Source: an uncultured virus (IMG/VR IMGVR_UViG_3300005611_000005)
Lineage: Duplodnaviria; Heunggongvirae; Uroviricota; Caudoviricetes
IMG/VR virus record: IMGVR_UViG_3300005611_000005
DNA length: 64,000 nucleotides
Direction: 5' to 3' (one strand)
Of this stretch, positions 10,328 through 17,926 are shown in pieces. The notes under the pieces were generated by a model. It was given only the letters and a program-made list of their open reading frames with translations. It was not told the DNA's origin and did not search any database. Position 1 is the stretch's first letter. Each line of letters begins with the position of its first letter. A program made the position numbers and the translations under genes.

Positions 10328-10755
10328 TGGGTAGGCCTAGGTTTGAGCAATTATTTGGAGTATTAAGTTCTGAACCAGTAGGAGTACAAACTATATCAGG
10401 ATCTTTAACAGTTAATGACGTATTAATTGCTACTGAATTTTCAGGATCAGGCGCTGGATTAACAAACATACCAGCTTCTGCAATAATAGGTAATTTATCA
10501 TCACAATGGTTATTATCCGACACTACATTATATACATCGCAAAGTTATTTAGTTTCAGTTACAGGATCGTTAACGGTGCATAGTGACGATTCAAGTCCAT
10601 TTGTAATATCTAGATACAGTAATGGTCAAGAACTATTTAAAGTATCTTCGTCAGGTATTGTGCAAATGTATGTACACGATTCTATACCTACTGGTCAGAC
10701 AGGCTTTGGACAAATGTATTTTACTACAGAATCTTTTTACGTCAGCTTAACATAA
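10327..10755 (+). CDS. Small Ser/Gly-rich virion (fibre/collar) protein
   Basis: ISGSL and FSGSGAGLTNIPAS fibre-type motifs. Confidence 0.55.
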   Translation: MGRPRFEQLFGVLSSEPVGVQTISGSLTVNDVLIATEFSGSGAGLTNIPASAIIGNLSSQWLLSDTTLYTSQSYLVSVTGSLTVHSDDSSPFVISRYSNGQELFKVSSSGIVQMYVHDSIPTGQTGFGQMYFTTESFYVSLT

Positions 10756-10798
10756 ATTTACAATTTTTATATTTATAATAAAATAAAACATAACGAAT

Positions 10799-12235
10799 AT
10801 GGCAACTTGGAAAAAGGTAATAGTATCCGGCTCGTCAGCAGAGTTAGCTTCATTAACAGCTTCAGGCAATATTACCGCATCTGCATTTTATGGAGATGGA
10901 TCTAACTTAACTGGCGTAGCTGCTACGTCGTTAGATATTGATAACTTTGGATCTGACTTAACTGGCGTAACAGTAGCAGGTACCGATAAATTAGCATTAT
11001 CAGATGCAGGTACCGAAGGTAGAATTAATGTATCTCAATTAGCAACGCCATTAGCTGGTACAGGGTTAGAAGCTAGTTCAGGTACCGTTAGAATTGCTGC
11101 TGCTGCAGCTGGATCTGGTTTAACAGGAGGTGCAGGGTCTGCATTAGCAGTCGGAGCAGGAACTCATATTACCGTTAATGCTGACGATGTAGCTGTTAAT
11201 ACAACGACATTGTTACCAGCTTTATCTGGATCTATTTTTACCACTGTATCTGGTGACATTGCCATTACTGCAGGTGGGGTTGCATCGATTCAAGCCAATT
11301 CAGTTGCTTTAGGTACTGATACGACAGGAGATTATGTTGCTAGCATTACATCAGGTAATGGTTTAACGGGTGGAGCGACAGGAGAAGGATCGACACCGAC
11401 ATTAGCAGTAGGTGCTGGTACGCACATTACCGTTAATGCTGATGACGTAGCCGTTAATACAACGTCTTTAATTCCTGCAATTTCAGGTTCTATATTCACT
11501 ACCGTATCAGGAGATATTGCTATTACCGCTGGAGGCGTAGCTTCAATTCAAGCCAATTCAGTTGCTTTAGGTACTGACACTACTGGTAATTACGTTGCTA
11601 CTATTGCAAATGCAACCAATGGCGGTTTAACTGTTAATAATAGTGGTACAGAAACAGCAGCTGTAACGGTAGCAGCTAATTTAAACGATTTAGCAGCCGC
11701 CGCTGTTGACGTAGCTAATGACAGTATTGCAATTATCGATGCTACTGATAACTCTACCAAGAAAGAATCAGTTGCAGATTTAGTATCAGGTATTGCTGGA
11801 ACTAACTTAACAGCAGCATCTGGTCAATTAAGTTTAGCTACTACCATTTCAGGTAATCCAACATTTTCTGGAAATGTAACTGTATCAGGAGATTTAACCG
11901 TTAATGGAGCGACAACGACAGTTAATACAACTAATGTATTAATTGAAGATAGATTTGTAATTTTAAATCATGGATCAGGTTCAGTAGCACCTGCAGGTGA
12001 AGGTGGTATTATTATTGAAGGATCGACTCCTGATCAAGGCGAAGCGTTCTTCTATGATGAAACTAAAGGTCGTTGGGGTGTAGCGTCTGCAGTATCTAGC
12101 ACAGCTACTTCAGTAACGCAAGCTGCATCAGTTGCTTTAGTATATGAAGGAACTACTTCAAATGCTACTAGTGCAGGATATAATGATAACGGTAACATTG
12201 TTATCGATTCTGGAGAAATTTACATTTACTCATAA
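10799..12235 (+). CDS. Fibre-like structural protein with an internal duplication
   Basis: Rich in A/G/S/T/V; FYGDGSNLTGV and GDLTVNGATTTVNTTN fibre motifs. Confidence 0.7.
   Translation: MATWKKVIVSGSSAELASLTASGNITASAFYGDGSNLTGVAATSLDIDNFGSDLTGVTVAGTDKLALSDAGTEGRINVSQLATPLAGTGLEASSGTVRIAAAAAGSGLTGGAGSALAVGAGTHITVNADDVAVNTTTLLPALSGSIFTTVSGDIAITAGGVASIQANSVALGTDTTGDYVASITSGNGLTGGATGEGSTPTLAVGAGTHITVNADDVAVNTTSLIPAISGSIFTTVSGDIAITAGGVASIQANSVALGTDTTGNYVATIANATNGGLTVNNSGTETAAVTVAANLNDLAAAAVDVANDSIAIIDATDNSTKKESVADLVSGIAGTNLTAASGQLSLATTISGNPTFSGNVTVSGDLTVNGATTTVNTTNVLIEDRFVILNHGSGSVAPAGEGGIIIEGSTPDQGEAFFYDETKGRWGVASAVSSTATSVTQAASVALVYEGTTSNATSAGYNDNGNIVIDSGEIYIYS
11144..11599 (+). repeat. Intragenic direct repeat, two copies of about 66 aa at a 258-nt period
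   Basis: LAVGAGTHITVNADDVAVNTT...SIQANSVALGTDTTG.YVA starts at 11144 and again at 11402. Confidence 0.9.
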
Positions 12236-12251
12236 TATAATTTAATTAGTT

Positions 12252-12434
12252 ATGGCATTTTTTAATAGAAAAACGCAACCGACTTCTGTAACATCTAATG
12301 ATGACTTAACTGTTGAAGAATTAGAATTTCTTCTTCGGTTATTAAAGACTGCTATGATCAGAGGCGATCAAGTTGAATTGTTTTATGATATGGCAATTAA
12401 GCTTCAGACTCAGTATACGAAATTGCAAAAATAA
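12252..12434 (+). CDS. Small helical protein (possible fibre chaperone)
   Basis: 60-aa ORF with an AT-rich leader, downstream of a fibre gene. Confidence 0.55.
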   Translation: MAFFNRKTQPTSVTSNDDLTVEELEFLLRLLKTAMIRGDQVELFYDMAIKLQTQYTKLQK

Positions 12435-12441
12435 ATAAGTT

Positions 12442-12672
12442 ATGTATTCAATTGATTTATTTCCTATGGAAATACAACTGTTACGACAATCTTTAGATGT
12501 AATTACAGTTGCTGGTAAAGATTGTAAATTTGTAGCATCGCTTCAAGAAAAGCTAGATCATGAGCTATCTGAAATTAAAAAGTCTCAGGAAACGCAGTCG
12601 AAACAAAAGAGTGAAGGATTATCTGCAATTATTCAACATGAGTCTGAAAAGAAATTAGGTAGAAAAATTTAA
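12442..12672 (+). CDS. Small helical protein, weakly similar to 12252
   Basis: 76-aa ORF; shares a L..E...L...L....I/V.G......L..KL pattern with the previous ORF. Confidence 0.55.
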   Translation: MYSIDLFPMEIQLLRQSLDVITVAGKDCKFVASLQEKLDHELSEIKKSQETQSKQKSEGLSAIIQHESEKKLGRKI

Positions 12673-12697
12673 TTATAAGATATTTATTATTGAATCG

Positions 12698-12759
12698 GTC
12701 GTTGGCCTGAATAAGGAAGTGGGCGCATGCACGGCATAGTGTGTGTAACCAACCGCGAC
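12698..12759 (+). ncRNA. Candidate cis-regulatory structured RNA (three-way junction) in a fibre-gene leader
   Basis: GC-rich island in AT-rich intergenic DNA. Pairings: GTTGG/CCAAC, CCT/AGG, GCATGCAC/GTGTGTGT. Confidence 0.55.
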
Positions 12760-12774
12760 ATTTAATTTTGTTAT

Positions 12775-13494
12775 ATGCCATCTTGGAAGAAAATTATTAC
12801 GTCTGGTAGCAGCGCAGCATTAAGCTCGCTTACAGTAACAAATAGCGTTACAGCTACTTCATTTACTGGTTCATTACAAGGATCAGCCTCATACGCACTA
12901 ACAGCTTCATTTGCTTTGAATGGAGGAGGAGGAGCAGCATTTCCATTCTCAGGATCAGCTGTAATATCAGGATCTTTATTTGTATCAAGCTCAACAACAA
13001 ATGTATTAACAATACAAGGTTCAGGTTCAGATCAACCAATATTTACTGTACAAGGGTCTGCAGGTCAATTATTTGCCATAACAGATAGTTTATCAGGATC
13101 ATTATTTTCAATTAACGACATTAGTGGGCTGCCGATCTTGGAGGTGTTTTCAGACAATACAATACTGTTAGGAGACTATCAGGCACCTACTTTATATACC
13201 ACTAAAAGGGTAACTTCAATAGCAGGAAATAATGTTATATATAGTTTAACAACTTCCTCGTACGATGGAGCATTCTTTGATTATGTAGCCAAATCTGGTT
13301 CAAATGCAAGAGCAGGAAACATTATGGCTTTATGGTCAGGCACCTCAGTTAATTTTACAGAAACAACAACAACCGATTTTGGAGATACTTCTGGGTTAGC
13401 ATTTTTAGCCTTTATATCAGGTTCTAATTTAGTATTATCAGGATCAACTTCAACAGCCAATTGGAATATTAAAACAATAATACGTTCAATATAA
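12775..13494 (+). CDS. Fibre-like structural protein, SGS-rich
   Basis: N-terminus MPSWKKIITSGSSA resembles that of 10799; ATSFTGSLQGSASYAL is shared with 16837. Confidence 0.65.
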   Translation: MPSWKKIITSGSSAALSSLTVTNSVTATSFTGSLQGSASYALTASFALNGGGGAAFPFSGSAVISGSLFVSSSTTNVLTIQGSGSDQPIFTVQGSAGQLFAITDSLSGSLFSINDISGLPILEVFSDNTILLGDYQAPTLYTTKRVTSIAGNNVIYSLTTSSYDGAFFDYVAKSGSNARAGNIMALWSGTSVNFTETTTTDFGDTSGLAFLAFISGSNLVLSGSTSTANWNIKTIIRSI

Positions 13495-13506
13495 TTTATT
13501 ATTAAT

Positions 13507-14400
13507 ATGATCATTTATAAAACAATAAATTTAATAAACGGTAAAATATACATAGGTAAAGATACCAAAAATAATCCTACATATTTAGGCTCAGGAGTAT
13601 TGTTAAAAAAAGCTATTGATAAGTATGGTAAGGAAAATTTTATTAAAGAAATAATTGAAAAGTGTAATGAACACGATATTTTAAACGAAAGAGAAAAATA
13701 TTGGATTAATGTATTTGATTCTAAAAATACTTTAATTGGTTATAATATTGCTGAAGGTGGCCATGGCGGTTTGACTTATACTGACGAAACTAAAAAAAGA
13801 ATATCCGAAATGTTCAAAGGTAGATTTGTTAGTGAAGAAACAAAACAAAAAATGAGCAAATCTAGAAAAGGCAAATTTAAGCACACTGAAAAAGCAAAAG
13901 AAAAAATTTCAAAAAAACACAAAGGTAAAAAGTTAACACAAGAGCATAGAGATAAAATAAGCGAAGCTTGTAAACATACACCAAAATCTAAAGAATTTAT
14001 TGAAAATATGGGCACAATTAACAAATATTGGCCAACTGGTACAAAACATACAGAAGAAACCAAAAAGAAAATGTCAGAATACCGTAAAGCAAATCCTGTT
14101 AGATATTGGTTAGGTAAAAAAAGACCTGATGAAACAATAGAAAAAGCCAGAGAGAGTAATAAAGGGTTTAAACATACCGAAGAACATAAACAAAAAATAA
14201 GTGGCGAAGGAAACCCTTTTTATGGTAAGTCGCACACAGAAGAAGCAAAATTAAGAATCAGCGAGTCAAAAAAAAATAAAACACCAGAACAAAAACTTGA
14301 AACTTATAGAAAATTTTATATTAGTAGGGTTGGTAAAGAGCCATCTGAAGAACAATTAAGATTAAAATTAGAAGAAATAAAAAATAATACAAATGTTTAA
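13507..14400 (+). mobile_element. Free-standing GIY-YIG homing endonuclease with NUMOD3 repeats (Seg-like)
   Basis: IIYKTINLINGKIYIG, YLGSG, LNEREKYWI, GYNIAEGG, repeated HTEETKKKMS-type motifs and GEGNPFYGKSH. Confidence 0.9.
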
Positions 14401-15061
14401 TTATAGTCCGAAAATTATAACAGATGGATTAGTATTGTGTTTGGATGCTGCCAATACCAAATCATATCCTGGCTCAGGTACTGTATGGTCTGATTTGTCT
14501 AGAGAAGGAAATAATGGAACATTAACCAATGGACCAACATTTAATTCAGCAAATGGGGGAAGCATTGTATTTGATGGGGTGAATGATTATTGTGATGTTG
14601 GTGTGAATAGAAATATACCAATTGGTAATCAACCTTATACAATTAGTGTATGGTTCAACTCAAACAGTTTTTCAGGTAATAGAGGTTTTGTAGGTTGGGG
14701 TGGATATGGAGCCCAACATCAAGTAACGGCTTTTAGATTATTAAATAATGGTTTTAGGCATTATTGGTGGTCTAATGACCAAGATTCGGGAAATTTAAAT
14801 ATGATTATTGGACAATGGTATAATGCGGTTGCGTTATTTAATGGAACATTAAGACAAATATGGTTAAATGGTGTATTATTAGTTTCTGGAAACGCATCTA
14901 ATCATAATGTGCCATACTCAACAAATTTAACAGTAGGAAGAACATTAACTAATGAGTATTTTTCAGGAAGATTAGGTCCTACTTTAATATACAATAAAGG
15001 GTTAACTTCAACAGAAGTACTCCAAAACTACAACGCAACTAAATCAAGATTCGGATTATAA
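14393..15061 (+). CDS. LamG/concanavalin-A-like lectin domain protein 1
   Basis: DGLVLCLDAAN..SYPGSGTVW...NGTLTNGP...IVFDGVNDY...IYNKGLTSTEVLQNYNA. Confidence 0.85.
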   Translation: MFNYSPKIITDGLVLCLDAANTKSYPGSGTVWSDLSREGNNGTLTNGPTFNSANGGSIVFDGVNDYCDVGVNRNIPIGNQPYTISVWFNSNSFSGNRGFVGWGGYGAQHQVTAFRLLNNGFRHYWWSNDQDSGNLNMIIGQWYNAVALFNGTLRQIWLNGVLLVSGNASNHNVPYSTNLTVGRTLTNEYFSGRLGPTLIYNKGLTSTEVLQNYNATKSRFGL

Positions 15062-15063
15062 TT

Positions 15064-15756
15064 ATGGCAGGTCGAATAGCATATTATGGAGGAATTGTTA
15101 CCAATGGTTTAGTATTAGCATTAGATGCTGCTAAAAAAGATTCGTATCCTGGTTCAGGTACAGTATGGAGAGATATAAGTGGAAATGGTAACAATGGTAC
15201 TTTAACAAACGGTCCTACTTTTAATTCTAATAATGGTGGAAGTATAGTGTTTGATGGGACAAATGATTATTGCTCAATACAAGACATATCCATCACAAAT
15301 CAAATAACAATAGATTCCTGGGTTTATGCAAATTCATTAGGTTCATACAACGCTATTTTATCGCAATGGAGGGCTAACACAACCAGCTTATCTTGTTTTG
15401 TATTAGAGACAGTAGGGAGTGATATAAGATTATATATCGGTAGTGGCTCTAATTTATACTTTGCATCAACGCCATTTACAACTGGAGCATGGAGACATGT
15501 TGTAGGAACATATGATGGCACAACTGTTAGAATATATTTAAACACCGTTTTAGGTCTAACTACTGCTAACCCACCATCAATAAATAATTCTTCATTAAAT
15601 ATAAATGTTGGCGCTTTATATAATAGTGGAGGAACAGAAGGAAGTGATGGTTTATGGAATGGTAGAATATCCCAAATTAAATACTACAACAGAGCACTCT
15701 CAGCCGCTGAGGTACTCCAAAACTATAATGCAACCAAAGGCAGATACGGATTATAA
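15064..15756 (+). CDS. LamG/concanavalin-A-like lectin domain protein 2
   Basis: Same conserved ends; WRHVVGTYDG core. Confidence 0.85.
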   Translation: MAGRIAYYGGIVTNGLVLALDAAKKDSYPGSGTVWRDISGNGNNGTLTNGPTFNSNNGGSIVFDGTNDYCSIQDISITNQITIDSWVYANSLGSYNAILSQWRANTTSLSCFVLETVGSDIRLYIGSGSNLYFASTPFTTGAWRHVVGTYDGTTVRIYLNTVLGLTTANPPSINNSSLNINVGALYNSGGTEGSDGLWNGRISQIKYYNRALSAAEVLQNYNATKGRYGL

Positions 15757-15777
15757 ACATATTTATAAATAAAACAA

Positions 15778-16041
15778 ATGGAACCATACGAAAATAGAGA
15801 ATTTATGATTTTCAATACTTCCGAGTTAAATAAAATCAACTTCAATGAAGTATTAGAAACATCCGAAGAAACTGTAAGAAAATCAGTTGATGAAACAAAA
15901 ACATTTGTAAAATGGAATGGACTTGAAATACCATTATCAGTTCAAAGTTTAACCACTTCAGAAGGTCCTTATACTTACTCAGAAATATTAGCAATATTAG
16001 AAACTGAGGAATGGACTCATCCTAATGTAGAGTTTCCATGA
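15778..16041 (+). CDS. Small acidic protein within the lectin cluster
   Basis: 87-aa ORF with its own ATATTTATA motif at 15759. Confidence 0.6.
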   Translation: MEPYENREFMIFNTSELNKINFNEVLETSEETVRKSVDETKTFVKWNGLEIPLSVQSLTTSEGPYTYSEILAILETEEWTHPNVEFP

Positions 16042-16796
16042 GTACAATTGATGGAGGATGGAGAGGACCAAATATAGTTAAGGATGGTTTAGTGTTATAT
16101 TTGGATGCTGGCTCACCTAATTCATATTATGGTGGTAGGGGAACTGTGTGGAAGGATATGAGTGGAAATGGTAATAACGGAACATTAACCAATGGGCCTA
16201 CTTTTAATTCGGGAAATGGGGGTAGTATAGTTTTTGATGGGGTGGATGATTATGTAGACTTAGGTGTCATACCAAATTTACAATTTAGTAATATACAAGC
16301 GTTTAGTGTGTCAATTTGGGTTTATTGGACACCTATTGGTGCAACTTTAACCACTTTATTTTCTTATGGTCATGTTGCGGGTTCAAATCCAGACTCTGGT
16401 GACGAAGGATATTATATAACATTAGATAATGGTGTATTAAGAAGTAGGTCATTTTTATTTGACTACTATGATGGAAGTGCTGCTAGAAGTATTCAAGGAA
16501 ATGTTAATGTTGTCCCAACAAATTCATGGATTAATTTAGTATGTATTAGCGGTGGTAATAATGATACTAGTAACGATGTTACATATATTGATGGTGCTTT
16601 GATTAGTACAACGTCTCGAAGAAATCAATCACCATCAACAATAAACTACTCCGTTAGCGCTGTTAATGTTGCTGCCAGAGATAGTAAAGCAACAATAAAT
16701 AGTAGGGTATCTTCAGTTTCAGTCTACAACAGAGCACTCTCAGCAACAGAAGTTTTACAAAACTTTAACGCAACCCGAGCAAGATTCGGAATTTAA
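16038..16796 (+). CDS. LamG/concanavalin-A-like lectin domain protein 3
   Basis: Same conserved ends with a divergent, longer core. Confidence 0.85.
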   Translation: MSTIDGGWRGPNIVKDGLVLYLDAGSPNSYYGGRGTVWKDMSGNGNNGTLTNGPTFNSGNGGSIVFDGVDDYVDLGVIPNLQFSNIQAFSVSIWVYWTPIGATLTTLFSYGHVAGSNPDSGDEGYYITLDNGVLRSRSFLFDYYDGSAARSIQGNVNVVPTNSWINLVCISGGNNDTSNDVTYIDGALISTTSRRNQSPSTINYSVSAVNVAARDSKATINSRVSSVSVYNRALSATEVLQNFNATRARFGI

Positions 16797-16836
16797 CCAT
16801 ATATATAATAAACATAATCTTGGATAGTGAAAAGAT

Positions 16837-17535
16837 ATGCCTAACGAATTTGTCATAAAAAATGGCTTCATCTCCAAGGGAGATAGCCAAATCACAGGAA
16901 GCTTAGTAGCAACTTCATTTACTGGTAGTCTTCAAGGATCAGCATCTTATGCTTTAGCAGGAGGCACTCCAGCATTCCCTTACACTGGCTCAGCAATCAT
17001 ATCAGGTAGTTTAACTGTAACTGGAAGCTTAGTAGCAACTTCATTTACTGGATCTATATACTCGCCTAAAACAGTAACTGACGGCACTTTAATAACATCA
17101 ACAAATTCAAATACATTAGCAGGATCAGTATTTGTACCGGCTAATACATTTGCAGCAGGAGATTTTATTAAAGTTTTTGCGCGAGTTAAAAAGACTACAA
17201 CATCATCATCAACAAGAATACGTTTGTATGTTAATACATCAAATAGTTTATCTGGGGCAACTCAAATTGCAGATTCAAACGCTGGTCAATTTTTACAAAT
17301 AGCTTCAATGGAACGAACCTTTATGGTAAAAAATGTAACTACAGATACTGAAGGGCTTGAATCTGCAGCTATAGCATTCACTGACATTGATATTACAGGA
17401 ACGTCATTACAAGGATTTACTGTAGAATCATATTCCATAGATTGGACGACGGGTCAGTATATAATTGTCGCCGTTCAACCAAATGCAATCCCTGAATCAC
17501 AAAGATTGTCAGGAATGTATGTTATGAAAATTTAA
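16837..17535 (+). CDS. Fibre-like structural protein
   Basis: TGSLVATSFTGS occurs twice; shares modules with 12775. Confidence 0.65.
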   Translation: MPNEFVIKNGFISKGDSQITGSLVATSFTGSLQGSASYALAGGTPAFPYTGSAIISGSLTVTGSLVATSFTGSIYSPKTVTDGTLITSTNSNTLAGSVFVPANTFAAGDFIKVFARVKKTTTSSSTRIRLYVNTSNSLSGATQIADSNAGQFLQIASMERTFMVKNVTTDTEGLESAAIAFTDIDITGTSLQGFTVESYSIDWTTGQYIIVAVQPNAIPESQRLSGMYVMKI

Positions 17536-17567
17536 CTAACTACATATTTATAATAAATTAATCTGTT

Positions 17568-17846
17568 ATGGAAAAACAAATAAAACAATTAGAAGCTGAA
17601 GAAATTACAAAATTAAAAGAGCTTCAATCTAAGTATTTACAAATTACCGCTGAATTTGGACAAGTTAAAGTTGAATATCTTATTCTTGAGCAACAGTCAA
17701 TTCGTTTACAAGAATATGAAAATTCGCTAGTAACTAAATACACCGAGCTTCAAAATGAAGAAGAAACGTTGGCTAAGAAATTGAATGAAAAATACGGTAC
17801 TGGAAATATTGATATAGATTCTGGTACATTTACTTCAGTTTCTTAA
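17568..17846 (+). CDS. Small coiled-coil protein
   Basis: Heptad pattern ending in KYGTGNIDIDSGTF. Confidence 0.6.
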   Translation: MEKQIKQLEAEEITKLKELQSKYLQITAEFGQVKVEYLILEQQSIRLQEYENSLVTKYTELQNEEETLAKKLNEKYGTGNIDIDSGTFTSVS

Positions 17847-17926
17847 AATTAATCTACTTGTTCGAAGTTTAGTTACATATTTATATGTAGATAACTTTTT
17901 ACAAACAATTTAAACTTTAACGTATT

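Noticed and set aside
14393..16796. Diversity-generating retroelement acting on the lectin genes
   Set aside because: No reverse transcriptase and no template/variable repeat pair with adenine-specific differences.
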